A stretch of 64,000 bases of DNA, from positions 36,744,674-36,808,673 of the forward strand of contig NC_068982.1 in the NCBI RefSeq assembly GCF_001194135.2. Direction: 5' to 3'. The position numbers and the translations under genes were made by a program. The notes below the pieces were generated by a model, which saw only the letters and a list, made by a program, of their open reading frames with translations, made no database searches and was not told the DNA's origin. Position 1 is the stretch's first letter. The number at the start of each line of letters is the position of its first letter. This document shows, in pieces, positions 39,516-53,593 of this stretch. This DNA comes from Octopus bimaculoides (Eukaryota).

Positions 39516-41670
39516 TATACATACACACATATGAAGTGATTGGCTGCTTCTTTTTAGCACCAAATATTAAGTTGATTATCCCAGTTGTTTCATAAGGGTT
39601 AACTAATAATTGCATTATTTGAGGGATTTAAAAGTACCCAAGTAAGTAGATAGCCAGAAAAGATAACTTATTGTAATTTAAAGAGTACTCTTTGCACTCA
39701 GTTATATCAAGGTCCATTTATGTCTTCTAAGGTTCACATAGGCTTTTTCCAAGTTGATAAAGTATTACCAGTAATGTACTGGTAGTGGTCATATTAATTC
39801 TCTTTGAAAAATAGTGGCTGTTTGATTTGTTAAATGAAAGCAATAATAATGACAATTTCAAATATTTTAGATATGGATTTGATTGCATTAAAACAACAAA
39901 ACGAATCCTTCCCAAAATTTTTAGATGCATGCATGTGTGTGTGTGTGTGTGTTCGGTTACCTGAGCTCAGCAAGCTAGGTTTCTATGACAAGCCTATGAA
40001 ACTTTAAATTTTATGGGACTAGGTCAAACTGTTTTAAAATAAAAAAAATATATATATATATATGTAACTTCTACTTAATGTATTGAGTGCCACTTTCTTT
40101 TGTTTGTCCACTTATATTCATATATATTTGGTGTAAATATTTTTTATGTGAAAAGTTTAAAAACTGTATTAGATGGAATTTACTATAGATATTTGAAGTA
40201 CACTATCTTGGAACTTTAAAATATTTAACTGTATAAATATTTAAGAAAGTATTTGTTTAAATTTTTATTTGTTACTTATAAATTTATAATATTTGACATA
40301 TCAGCACAAAAGTTAATTTCATCATTCAAGTTGCATTCATATTTTTAAAACTTACTTCATGTAGTTCCAGCATTCAAAAATAAATGGGAACTAAATAGCA
40401 ATCTGATAAATAAATAAATGGATATTTAATCAATAGTTGGTTGATCTATGGATTTAATTAATTTTCTCAAAGAAAATGGAACAAATTGCCATTGAGATCT
40501 TTGTTTCATTTTCTTTAATTTAGTCTTTGTTGTACATTTTTTCCCCGTTAGGATTAGACTTCATTCTTCTCAACAATATCAGACTCTTTTACCATCCATT
40601 CAACTGATAATTTGCTTGTACTGATCTTCATTCTCTTTATTGCACAACAATTTAAGTAAATCAGCTTTCCATTGATTTTTACATCAGAAAGCCAGAAATA
40701 TAACAATTTTATGGCCTTGATATTGAGACTATTGTTTTGGAAGCTAGATGTCATTTTTGCAGTTAACTACTTATAGAAAGAGTAATTTTTGTCATCTATG
40801 TAAATTGAAGCAATCAGGCTCGTATGCTTTGCTCATCAGCTGTTTCAGCTGTTGAAAATAACTCTTATTTTTCTCTCAAAATTTGCACTTCTAAGTAAAT
40901 CTCTTTCGTTGTTGTTTAGATCAAGCTGGCCTTGACTATGTAGAGCTTTGATCAAAGGCATTCATGCTTCGACTATCTTATGTTTTCAGGAATCATGAAC
41001 CCCCAAATTACATAATCTAATATGTCCTATTTTAAGATGGTTTGATATTGTTTAAGGAAGATGTCGTTGCTATTTCCTGCAGATGGAACAATCATATAGA
41101 GGCTTCCTTGTGGGTTTATAAAATAAAATCTCCGAAAGGAATTGGATTCTGTATTTGGATGTAATACACTAAATTAAATTACTTTGAATATATCAGTAAT
41201 ATGCTTTTTGATACATTAGATTAAAATTATATTGATGCAGTAGTCTTTATAACTGTGCATCAACATTGATATTGTCCTTATGTAGCAAACAGATTTACTT
41301 GATATGGCTCATTGTGATGTTGATCTACTGGATGTTATACAAAATGAATTTGATTAGTAACTTGCTTCCAGAATTGCATCAACTATAGCAATTTGTCATT
41401 TCCTACCACACTGACACCGATAAAGATGATTATACACTGCTTTTAACTGAAATTGTTGGCTTTGTCCATATAAAATCTCAATACCTTCTGCCACCCTTGC
41501 ACATTTTCTATGAATGGAAACCTCCAAAATATCCTGCAATGAACGACTTAAAAACTAATGCAGTATCACAAAAATATAGATACTACATACCTCAAAGAAG
41601 CAAAGACAAAATTATGTTGCTTATATTCATGAATAACATATCACACTATCATACTTTCTACACATTCTAT

Positions 41671-42100
41671 CTTTTATCATTTACCTGTTTCAGTCATTGG
41701 ACTGCAGGCCATGCTGGGGCACCTCCTTGAAGGATTTTAGTCAAATGAATCAACACCAGTACTATTTTTTAAAGCCTGGTACTTATTCTATCAATCTCTT
41801 ATCCTGAACTGCTAAGTTACAAAGATGTAAACAAACCAACACCAGTAGTAGTGGTGGTGAGACAAACACACACACACACACATGCGCATGCACGTACTTA
41901 TACATATATATGACAAACTTCTTTCAGTTTCCATCTACATAATCCACTCACAACACATTGATCAATCAGCCTGGGGCAATTGTAGAAGATACTTCCCCAA
42001 GGTGCCACACAACAGCATTAAACTCAGAACCATGTGGTTGGGAAGCAGACTTCTGACCACATAACCACTCCTGCATTTGTCACACAGCCATGTGCCTATA
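41671..42100 (-). mobile_element. SINE family A, full length
   Basis: tttcagtcattggactgcaggccatgctggggcacc through ttctttcagtttcc to cagaaccatgtggttggg. Confidence 0.85.
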
Positions 42101-42567
42101 CTTAAAAATTTTCAGTAACCTCTTTCCAAAACCTCATTCTTTGCTTAAATATAGCCTTCATCACAAATTATACAAATCCAGAAATTATTTTGGTTTTATT
42201 ACATTTCTTCAGCAGAGCATGGTTTAACTTGTTCTTTTCAAATCCTAGGATGATTGAAGAACTAAACATTTAGAGAGTAAAGTATTTAACTAAATAGAGT
42301 AATTAAAAGAATGTCTCTAATGTGACACCAATCTAACTTGACATTTTCAGCATCTCTAACAATTGTTTCTGATATGCAAGAAAATTTAATTTCCAGATAC
42401 ATATTAATACAAAATTTTTTTTAATAATTTAGAAATAATAGTTAAAATACAAACATTCCTAATGAGTTTATAATAAAACTGAAACCTGTTTGGGGTTGTC
42501 TTCTAATACTTGTGGAAATAATGAAAATAATGTTTGTCATTGACTAATTATTTTTTTAATCTTTCAT

Positions 42568-42926
42568 CCTTTACTTGTTTTACTCATTAGACTGTGGCCA
42601 TGCTGGGGCACCACCTGGAAGCATTTTTAGTCAAATATATATCGAACCCTAGTACTTATATTTTCAAAGCCGGTGTTTTATTCTGTTGGGCTCGTGTGCC
42701 AAACCACTAAGTTATGGGATGTAAACATACCAGCACCAGTTGTCAAGCAGTATGGGGGGGACAAACACATATATACGATGGGCTTCTTTCAGTTTTCATC
42801 TGCCAAATCCACTTTGGTCAGCCCAAGGCTATAGAAGATGTTTTCCCAAGATGCCATACAGTGGGACTAAATCTGGAACCATGTGGTAGGGAAGCAAACT
42901 TCTTACCACACAGCCACGACTGCACC
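42568..42926 (-). mobile_element. SINE family A, full length
   Basis: gactgtggccatgctggggcaccacc through tacgatgggcttctttcag to accacacagccac. Confidence 0.85.
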
Positions 42927-44834
42927 TTCATCACAAATTGTTTACTTCTTAGTTTATTGGTGCTTCTTGCATAAATTATGTTAACAGTTGTGTTTAATAA
43001 AAGTTTTGTCTTTTGATTTAAAATCTTAAATAATTTCCCCATGTTAGTGACATCAGTTGCTCAGTTTAAAAATATATATTCTAAACTTGATGTTTTGAAG
43101 CTGAATTTTTTCAACTACATGCATTTTGTTTCTGATATCCATTAAAAAAATTCCCTTCTATAACATTTTCAATATTGAATTCATTGTTCTACCTTTTAGA
43201 GTTGTGTTATGCCACCGTTTAATGTTCTATTTAGTTATAATTTGCGACAAGCATGCTTTTCCTTCATATTCCATTGTTAAGATATTGCAAATAACTCTTG
43301 CTTAACTATATATCTGGGCCAATAATACTTTGCTAATGTGTCAAAATCAATTGGAAGCTTTCTTCTGTATTTTAATTAATATGAATGTTATGAGGTGTTA
43401 ATGTGTAAATTTCCAATTTATTTTGAGAAATATCAATATTTTCTTTTTCTTTTATTGGAAGCAAAACATAATTCTCAACATATGTGTTTGGATTAATGAA
43501 GTTAAGAATAGCAGTCGTTAAATGAACTTTGAGTGCTTTCGTGAAAAGGAATATGGTACTTTCCCTACTTGGGAACTTTATTGAAGTAAAAATATATGCT
43601 AGCATAGTTATGTCAGCCATTCATGTTATAGTTAAATGGTTTTATGTAAAATATTTAAATCCTAAAAGAATTCAGAAAATTATGTTCATCCACATTCATT
43701 TTAACAAAAAGAAAAACTTAAAATATCATTAAGTTTATTTGATGTGCGACCAAAAAGTTTGAGCAAATGGAGAAAAGGTGTGATGATAAAAAAAAAATGA
43801 GATAAGTATAAGATAACTTTAAATAATTTAAGAGTGGCTGCATATTGCATCTAGTGGTTATTGGGAGAATGAAGTGACGTAACGATTTAGTAGTTATAGT
43901 GAGTGAAATCTGAATGAACAAATATGCTTGTGTTAAATAGTAATAAAGGCAGGACTAGCTTCACTACAATATTAGTTGATTTAGTTTTTGACTAATCCTT
44001 AGATTAAAGTTAATAATAGAAGTATCTAAAACCTAGATAATTTAAAGGGAATCAGTATGGTGAAATATATATTTAAATTTATTTATTAGATTCAAAGTAG
44101 AGCAAGGTTTTTAATAGTTATTGCCAGATAGAATTTCCCATATTTTCCTCATAAACCATTTCACATTGATAAATTGTAAAAACTTAAAGGCTATATTTAT
44201 CAGATAAAGAGGCAAAGCATTGAAACTTTTGTAGATAATGACCAAGTTTTTGGAAAGTGTGCTTTTTCTTTTATAGCTATTTTAAGCTTTTCAGTTTTTT
44301 TCTTTCCACTTCTCTTTAGAAATAGACCTTTCTAATGAATGTTTTTATGACAAAGATCTATGAAGTGTTTGAAGATATATTTCAGATGCAATAACAAAGA
44401 CATTTGTCAACATTGTTTTCTTTTATGTTGTATTAAAGGTTAATATATTCAGCATATTTTCATGAGCGAAACCTGATGTTTCTAGCTCCAAACCTACTTA
44501 GTATCAAATTTTGAGTACAGCTAAATAGAAAATAGATAGAAAATCTTCTTCAATCAAAAAAGCAAGTTCTTGTAAAATTTTACAACTTATTGGATTTAGT
44601 ATACCTTTCCCCTTAAAATTTTGCTGTGATAATTGTGATTTAAAAAAAAATTCCATTGCTAATTTGTTTTTCAGTTCCTTATAGCAGACGTCTCTCATTT
44701 CTCATTTTTGACCAAAGCCTCTTTACTTCACCCTATTCAATCTTAATCATTGCATTCTATTTGAAACACACTGACCTTAAAAAATATTGGCGCTTCTTTA
44801 GAAGTGCACCTCTCCAAGAAAATTATGCTTACAT

Positions 44835-45440
44835 GTTAAAAAATTTACGAAAATGGGAAATATATCCAAAATAAATGAAGCATGCAAAAAATTAGGAAGA
44901 TTCATCTATTTTTATATATTCTATACTAAAAAATAATATATGGAAAATGGGCACACACAAATAAAAATAAACATGTCGGACAATAACTTACTTTTACCAG
45001 TCAGATATTAATGATACAAGGGACTCGACAATATCATCTGCGAATTGTAAGAAGACTGTTTCACAATCTTTTCCTTAAAAGTCAGTTTATAACTAATATA
45101 TACTATTATGTCAAATTTTGTGCCTGGATGGGAAATATCGCATCATGAAATGGGCAAAGGTAAAGCAAGTCTACACTACCTAACCCTAACACTAACCCTA
45201 ATCAGTGTGTGCAGTAAAAAATCTGATTAAAAACTATCAAGAATTCGCAAACGTTATTGTCGAGCCCCTCATATCATTAATAATATCTGATACATCGTCT
45301 GACATGTTTGTTTATATTCGCAAATGCTCTTTTTCCGTGTTTTATTTTTTAGTATAAAATATTTAAAAATGGATGTATCTTCCTAACTTTTTGCATACAT
45401 AATTTATTTTGGATATATTTCCCATTTACATAACTTTTTT
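44835..45440. mobile_element. Fold-back/MITE-like element with about 210-bp imperfect TIRs and central TAACCCTAA repeats
   Basis: aaatgggaaatatatccaaaataaat..tgcgaatt (to 45046) is mirrored by aattcgca (45242)..atttattttggatatatttcccattt; ctaaccctaacactaaccctaa at about 45180-45201. Confidence 0.75.
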
Positions 45441-45584
45441 AGAAATTAGGCATCAAAAAACTATAGTCAAGTGCTCTAAAGTCCCAGTATTTAAAAATGA
45501 AAGTAAAAACAATGAAAGGTTTCTGTAATATGTGTTTATACTATGTACACAGACACAAACAAATAAATAAGCATTTGAGATTAT

Positions 45585-45812
45585 CAAATATGGCAGAATC
45601 GTTAGCACGCCAGGCGAAATGCTTAGCGGTATTTCGTCTGCTGCTACGTTCTGAGTTCAAATTCCACCGAAGTCGACTTTGACTTTCATCCTTTCAGGGT
45701 CGATTAAATAAGTACCAGTTACGCACTGGGGTCGATGTAATTGACTTAGTTCCTTTGTCTGTCCTTGTTTGTCCCCTCTTTGTTTAGCTCCCCTTGTGGG
45801 CAATAAAGAATT
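45585..45812 (+). mobile_element. tRNA-derived SINE family D
   Basis: tggcagaatcgttagc (A-box-like), gagttcaaattcc (B-box-like), core ctttcatcctttcagggtcgattaaataagtaccag. Confidence 0.85.
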
Positions 45813-46224
45813 AAATATATTAATACTTAAGAATGTGGTAGTGGGACTATTGCAGCATACTTATTTTGGAAAAAAAAATTGTATATAAGGAAAAGAATCT
45901 GAAAATGCAGGAGACTTTTAAAAGTATTTATTAACTTAACCAGGTTCACTTATTTAAAAAGATTTTCAAAAGTAAAGTGCTAGCTTTTGTGTATCCTCTG
46001 TGGTGTCAAAAATTAGTTTACAAAAATGTATTCAAATCAAATACCACAGAAGATACACAAAAGCTCACACTTTACTTTTGAAAATCTTTTTGAATAAGTG
46101 AAACTGGTTAGGTTAATAAATACTTTTAAAAGACTCCTGCATTTTCAGATTCTTTTCTTTATGTTTTTACTTGTGCAGTAACACCCAACTTTACTTTGTT
46201 ATACCCCCCCACACACACACATAT

Positions 46225-48050
46225 AATCATCATCATCATCATATCATCGTTTAACGACTGCCTTCCATGCGGGCATGGGTGGGATGGTTTCACAAAAGCC
46301 AGCTAGGCCGAAGTCTGCACCAGACTTCTGTGACTGTTTTAGCATGATTTTTACAGCTGGATGCCCTTCCTAACACCAACCACTCAGCAGAGTGGACTTA
46401 GTGCTTTTTGTGGCACAAGCACAGGCAAAGTGAGTAGTGCTTTTTATGTGGCACAAGCACAGACGAGGTCAGTTTTGGCAAGGTCTTTATAGTTGGATGC
46501 CCTTCCAAACACCAACCACTTTACAGTAAAGACTGGGTGCTTTTAAGTGGCACCTGCACTGACACGGTCACCAAGTACTTGCAAGACAAACACTTTCAAG
46601 AAGTGAGGAGGTATTAGAAGAGGTGATCTTGTGTTGGATGAGGAAAAGTTATAGTGAGACAGATACAGGTGTCTTGCTATAGAGGAAGTACAAGGTTACC
46701 CAGCCAAAGAGAAAAAGATTAGGAATGAAGACAGAAAGAGGTATGCTACCACAAAGGAGATACATGGTTACCCAACCTGAGGGAAGTGCAGGAGAAGGAG
46801 AGAGAGTGGGAGACAGCAGGATAGAGATGGTGGCAACATGCTGGGCATACTCACAAGGAACAGGGATCAGACTATAAATGGGATGGTTGAGTAAAAGAAG
46901 GGAGAGGTATAGATGGTGGCAAGTGCCAGAGCATACCTTTGAGGTTCAAATGCCATAATATAAGTGGCAGGGTATTCTGAAGGAAGTGTGATTAAAGAGT
47001 GTGAGCAAGTGGCAAAAGACCTGGGTAAGTCTGGAGTTGGGCGTCTACCAGATAGCAGTGATACAGAGGCATGAGGACAGGATCGGGGAGTGAGAGCTAG
47101 GCATAGTGTATGAAGGAGTTACGTGTGGGTGAGACACACAGATCAGGGGCTAGCAGATAGTAGAGTGAGATGGGGCATGTGGGTAGAACATTCAGGTTAG
47201 GTGCAAGCAGATAACAATGAAACAGTGGCACAGGGCCAAGAGGACAGGATTGGGGAGTGGGAGGTAATCAAAGTACATGAAGCAGTAATGTGAGGAAGAG
47301 AAGAGATATAGAGCCGTAGTTTGGTTTGTTGTGGTAGAGTGTATGAGAAGTTTTTTTGTTAAGTGTGGGTGGGACACAGTGCTTCTAGAACTCAGTTTTG
47401 CTGACGTGGGCGAGTCTTCTCGAGCTTCATATTGCCAGACATCTTGGTCCATTATCATTTCCTCCATGAGACCCAACTTTCTGATATCAGTTCTTACCAC
47501 TTTATCCCACATCTTCCTGGTTCTCCCCCTTCCATGGGTACCATCCATTTTCAGTGATTGGTACTTTTTTATGCACTTGTCTTTATTCATATGCATCACA
47601 TATCCAAACCAGCATAGTCTTCTCTCTTGCATGCTACATTTGATTCCTCTTATGCCCAACTTTTCTCTTAATACATTTGCACTTTGCCATACAGGGCTGT
47701 CTTTTTGCTTTTATAACACTGTCAACCTCCTTGCTCCACCACCATGTCACCCTTGGTCTAGCTGAGACTCTGCACTAACCACAGATTTCATCCGTAGCCC
47801 TCAGTAGATTGTTCCGTAGGAACCTCCTAATTGTTCTCTAAGCCATATGTCCCCAACTCTTCTTCTCTTTCATCAGAAGCTTCCATTAGTAAATCACTAA
47901 ATTTTTGTTTGTTTACTGGGTCTTTGAGCTTCAATAGTCTTCTTTTCCAGATTGGTTTATTTCTCCAAGTCTTTCTAGCTCTAATTCTGAAGTCACTAAC
48001 TAGTAACCTACGTTGGGTTGTACATTTTTCACCTGGGAAAGACTTTGCAT
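46225..48050 (-). mobile_element. RTE LINE: long 3' UTR, ORF2 C-terminus, and post-APE segment joined by deletion
   Basis: (CAT)n tail at 46225. ORF 47192-47659 reads GIRGIKCSMQERRLCWFGYVMHM..GRGRTRKMWDKVV. The 47750-48050 segment reads VSDFRIRARKTWRNKPIWKRRLLKLKDP. Confidence 0.85.
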
Positions 48051-48059
48051 TTTAAGCAT

Positions 48060-48350
48060 CCATCTATCTCGTTGCCTGGGGAGGAAGTAATCACTCTGGC
48101 TAATGTGCTCACCAGACTGATAAGTGATTAAGTGGCTAGATTCCTCACAGGTAAGAGACAGAGACTCAAATTCTTCTGGGTTGGCAGGAATGATGGAATG
48201 GGTGGAGTAGGCATACTGTAAGCAGAAAATGAGGCAGATCCACAGTAGTTCTCGTGGAGAATACATTACGTTGACATAGATCAAATGCTTGTAGTTGAAC
48301 AAAGTGAGCTCCTGAAATATTGTGGATCTGCATCCAACTGTAATATGAAC
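48060..48350 (+). mobile_element. RTE APE N-terminal fragment in opposite orientation to the adjacent RTE
   Basis: Plus strand KFFWVGRNDGMGGVGIL, homologous to the APE segment at about 3990-4050 (-). Confidence 0.6.
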
Positions 48351-48587
48351 ATCCACAGCAGAGGATGAATATAGCCAGAAAGTGTGTGTGTGTGTGTGTG
48401 TGTGTATACATGTACGCGCGCACACATTTATTTTTTTCTTTTTACTTGTTTTATAGTCAGTGGGCTCTAACTATACTGAAACATTGACTTCAAGGTCTTT
48501 TGTTGATTATGTTTTTATGTCAACTTTCATATCAACTTATGTCAGCTTTATCAATTTTCATATTGTCACATACACAAACACACACAC

Positions 48588-48751
48588 ACACAAGCTTCTT
48601 TCAGTTTCTCTTTGCTAAATCCTCTCAATAGGCTCTGGTCAGTCTGGAGCTATAGTAGAAGACACTTACCCAAAGTGCCACAATCATGAAGTTGGACTGA
48701 ACCTGAAATCATGTGGTTGAGGAGCAAACTTCTTATCTACACATATCCATC
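48588..48751 (-). mobile_element. SINE family A 5' half
   Basis: gcttctttcagtttc..tagtagaagacactt..ggactgaacctgaaatcatgtgg. Confidence 0.8.
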
Positions 48752-48763
48752 CATATATGTGTA

Positions 48764-48809
<46 letters not shown>

Positions 48810-49329
48810 GTGTGTGCTGAATCTGGATAAAAAGTATTGGTAAAGTATAGACTTAAAAAATATAATTTGAAAAAGAAAGATAATTCAAAATATCAAAACT
48901 GAGATGGAAAATGTCAAGAAGAAATTGAAAAAAGGAAAATAATCATAGAAACAAATTGATATCACAATATGCATATCAAACGGAAAGATATTTTAAAAGT
49001 AAAACAACCTTACATATGTTGAAGTACAGTACAAAGAAACTAGACTGAATTAATCACACGTGAAAAAATTCTTTAAAAGAAAACTGCAATTTAACTAAGT
49101 TGAACTTGTATGTTTGTGTATGTATGTATAAGAATAACTAGGCTTGAAATATAAAATGTCTGAGTGTTGCAATTTTATTTTTGAATTGTTGCATCTTTAA
49201 TAGTATGTAAGCATGGTTTAGTGTAATTATAGTTTCATATCATTTTTAAAGCTTCAAAATTGTTTTTAGTTATAGTGCTGTGAACTATTTACAATAATGT
49301 CTTGCTAGTTTATTCAGGTCAGATGTAGT

Positions 49330-49725
49330 GGCATGCTTCATTGCAGTACATTGCTGCATTCATCATTTGTTCCAGGTCCTCCTGGGCAACCTATCGAGCA
49401 GAGTTCCGGTCAGTTCCCATCTCCACAAGATACTTCCTCATCTGCCATGATCATGTAGCATACCAACATGAGCCATCATCTCAGCTGGGTCCTCAGTGAA
49501 GAGAACATGATAAGCAGGGTCTAACATGGAAAATCAAATAAATGGCTAAACAGTCTGAGCTGGCACTCCCAAATCATATGTCACAGGATGCATCCAAGTT
49601 TCTAAGTAGAGTCATTTGGTTGGACACAAAATCTAGCCAAATTGTAACCCATAATCCTGCAAAGCATCCTGGTACTAAAAGAGTTAAAGTGGTTCCTAAG
49701 GGCCCTGGACATCATCTATAGAGCA
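49330..49725 (-). pseudogene. Second RTE-clade LINE family, ORF2 C-terminal fragment
   Basis: Minus strand: FNSFSTRMLCRIMGY..DFVSNQ..QLRLFSH, resembling RTE LRRIMGYxWxDFVSN..RQLRLFGH. Confidence 0.65.
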
Positions 49726-49779
49726 GGACATGGAGAACCAGAGACCTAAAGACCCGAACCTTTGTCCTCTTGCACAGAT

Positions 49780-50010
49780 ATTGTGTACTCATTGAATGCT
49801 AGCAGAGTTTTCAGCAGGGGTTCCTTGCAGCCTATGTCAATCTCCGCAAGACATTTGACTTGGTGGATGTGCTTTGGAGAATTCTGATCGGGCTGATGAT
49901 GGCCTTGTACAGTGGAACAGTCAGTGCAGTTTGGATTGGAGGCTCAACATCTGACATTTTCCCAGTTATATCTGGGGTCTGTCAGGGTTGTGTCTTGGCT
50001 CCCACTCTGG
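49780..50010 (+). pseudogene. RTE-clade RT fragment, inverted relative to 49330-49725
   Basis: GFLAAYVNLRKTFDLVD..ALYSGTVSAV..FPVISGVCQGCVLAPTL. Confidence 0.75.
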
Positions 50011-51769
50011 ATTGGATTAGCTAGTTAATCCACAAACAAAAAAATTCAGCTTTAATGCTGTAATAAATTTTATTGAAGAATAAAATTATTGTGAATTTCT
50101 TTAAGTCCTTTTCAAAATATATTAAGGAAATGAGTTATAAAGATTTTAAGAAAGTTTATGAGAAATGCACCGACTAATTAACATGCTAGGTGAATACAAT
50201 CTGTTAGCAATAAGACTTCTTTAAAAAGACTTTATTTTATCATAGATAAGAATGTTGATGTGGCAGGATGCTTTGATTAAAAAACAATTATTGGCTGAGG
50301 TGACCACAAACATGTACTGATGATTTTTAGAAAATAAATGACATGCAAATTAAGTTTCAAAGACTTGTATTGAAAAATGCGGGTTGCAATAAAGGCTTAC
50401 CTACTTCTAGTATAACTATGTACATTGTGAAACATCATTATCATTATTTTTATCTTCACTTGCCATGCTGACATGCATTAGATGGATTATTACAGTCCAT
50501 GTCCACTTCCACTCAAAATTAACTGTTCTCCTAGATAGGTCAGGATGGGAAGCACATCTTCCCTGTTTTGGTAGGGTTTCTAATAGTTCTACATCAACCG
50601 TTTTACAGAGTGTATTGGGCGTATTTTATCATGATACCAGCACTGGAGAGATTGTCATGTTCTCAAGAAGACTTAACTAAATCTGTATTGGATCTTTCAT
50701 TTATCATCAGTTTTAAATTGCAGATGCAGTATTAAAGAAAAGTTAATTGCAATACCAAACCTTGTAGTATATCATATTCTAGTCACATATTTTGATTTAA
50801 ATTCCTTTATTACATTAATTAGCAAATTCCTTTGATATCTGAATTGCTCAAATTATTCAAAAACTAATAATTCAGTGTATGAACTGTAACTGAAAGATCC
50901 AATATAGAAGCAACTGAAAGGCAATTTTTTCTTGAACTTCTCAGAGATATTGCACAATCTTAATAATCTGTGTTGATTACTTTGAAGAATATAAGTTATT
51001 AAATTTTCATTTAGAAGAATTTAAATTGGTAAAAGATAAACCTGAATCCTAAAGGAAAATTGTCACCCGAGTTATAAACATTGATGTAAAAATTAATCAT
51101 TTTTACAAAATTAATTTTTTAAGATTTCTTTTGTAGCTTTTAACTTGTATTTCAGTCTGTCTTCTATATCTTAGTAATTTCCTTTCTTTCATTTACTAAA
51201 TTTTTCCCTTTCAAAATTCTCCTANNNNNNNNNNACGCAAAAAAAAAAAAAAGTTCTTGGAAATAATACTAATTTTACTTTGAAGCAATTAACTATGATT
51301 TATTTTGGTTGTGGGATGAAAGTAGTATTAGAAAGACCCAAAACTATTTGTGAAATTACAAGTTCTAAATTCCTGGAAATTACAGTGATTCAACAGCAAG
51401 GTATTTTAATATCCCTCATACAGGGGATTTCCGTTGAAAGGCCTTGTTATCCAGTTTACAATTTCTCTTAAATCCAAACAATTTCTTAGCCTGATTGCAG
51501 TATGAGAAACATGGAATTTAAATGCATTCCTATTGATTTGTGTTAGTATAAATTTTGCTTTCTTAATTTCTAACAATTTTTGGGTGCTATTTGCTAATTT
51601 ATTTTTTATTACTACTGAAGTTTAAATTATTGTAGAATTTCATTTTATTCTGCATTGGAAAGTAGTATATGAAATTGAAATAATTATTATTAATATAGTT
51701 TTTGTTCTACACAATTATATGTAAGAATCCTACAATATTTTATGCTATGTGCTGCAAAAAGCTTGCATG

Positions 51770-51950
51770 TTGTTTAGCCCCATGTCAATCTTAATTAATC
51801 AGACCAAAAGCATTCAGCTGTGATCATTCCAGTTCATTTGGTCTAATGGATTTTGGACTATACCATTTAGTGTGTCATTCCATTCTTATGATGATAGGTG
51901 TAAGTTGAGAGTTATTTAGCTGCTGTTTCTACCACGTAGATTCTCGTTAG
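51770..51950 (+). repeat. Dispersed repeat family E (diverged copy)
   Basis: Similar to 53905-54110 and 55160-55325 (gtcaa.c..at..atcagacc..; ..tttagctgctgtttcta). Confidence 0.5.
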
Positions 51951-53593
51951 TTTACATGTGTTGATATATTTTGAATTTTTTCATTGCAAGAGAAGTTAAC
52001 ACGTTAACTGGTGAAATTACACTGCAAATATTTTCATAGCAAATTGCTCAAATAATTCAAGCCCCTCTTCCCCCAAGACATTCAATGATTAAAAAGATCT
52101 TTTAGAAGAAAATAAACGTGAACTTATTCAGTTAGGACTTTGGTTATTGTCGACGCATGAATTCTTCTAAAATACTTTTGTTGAAAAATATGATAGTTAA
52201 AATATGTTGAATATGTAGCTACAGGAAATATCTTTGAATTTATGACAACCTTTAATATCTACTGTTACTACTAAAAAAAAAATCTATTTTTTATACACTA
52301 AAGCATGTCTGATATTCAGATTCACTTGGAAAATTCTCTTTTGAAAGGATGTAAAATTAGTGGGTTGTTATGAAATATTACGAAAGATAAGGTGCAGAAT
52401 ATTTAGTTTTTCTTCTTTTTTTTCTACACATCAGTCGTTACTAATCTGTATTTTTTTTCTTTTTTTGTATGCTTGTAAATATTCATTGCAATTTTGTTAA
52501 GCACAATTGTTAACCATATATTTTACAAGCTAAGTCAGAAGCTTGAAAGCCACTGCTTCATAATCTCCATTTTATAACCTTTTTCTGTATGAAGGAAAAC
52601 CTAGCTGATTTATGAAACAATTTAACAAGAATTCCTTTCTCGTCCTAGAAATAAATTATTGTAGGTTGAAATATTTACATTTTTCTAAATTCTCCTTCAT
52701 GTTATTGTATTTTTCGAAAACAGAAATCTACGAACCACTTCAGTAGTTTGTAACTTTTTAAATCAAGAAATAAAACGATTCCTTAAAAGCTATCCTAATT
52801 TAGTAGTCAGCCAACCTGACTATAAACAAACTTCAGTCAGTAGTGTCAACGCCTAACACATGGTGACTGTCATAGTTCCAGCTTCGGGTCATTCAGTTCC
52901 CATCACTCTGCAAAGGATTCAACGTTTATTTGAAGTGCATAAAACTTATGCATATAAAATATATTTTAAATATATAATGTTGCTAGTAGTACATTGTCCA
53001 ACCTTTATTTCATCGCATGTCAGTCTAGTGCTGAATATTTCTTTCCGCTTTTCTTTCTCTCTTCCTTTTCATTCATAACTGTTTGTCATCCTATTAGAAA
53101 GTGACATACATCACAGATACCCACGAAAAGAGGGACTGTATCTTTATTTACTCTATTGGGGCGCCACAGTGAACAAATTATAGTTTAGCCTTTTCTCTGA
53201 TGAATTGCCTTCTTGTTCACATGTAAACTTTTCCACTTTATCGAGTGTGATGCTGTTAAACTAGCGTGCTTTATCTTCGAGTGCATCAGGCATAACCTGG
53301 CATATTTTTAATACCACCAAAACTGCTATCACTTTGTGTATGTGTATCTGTTAGCATGTGTGTGTAGTGTAATTTGAATGACAATAGTCGCAAAAAAATG
53401 CTTCGGCTAAGTGGTTATTTTGAAAGTTTGGGTACGGTTAGTGCAGAATGACCTGTGTTTGTTATTAAAAAATTGTTTACTCCACTAAAGATTTTTTTAA
53501 TATCGTTATTTTAAAAAATTACTATTACTGTTTACTCATCAACGACGTTTGCACTAGGACTATGGTGCATGACAGTAGAATTGAACACCTTAC

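Noticed and set aside
45171-45202. Interstitial telomere or fusion site
   Set aside because: Only two to three imperfect units, lying inside a fold-back element.
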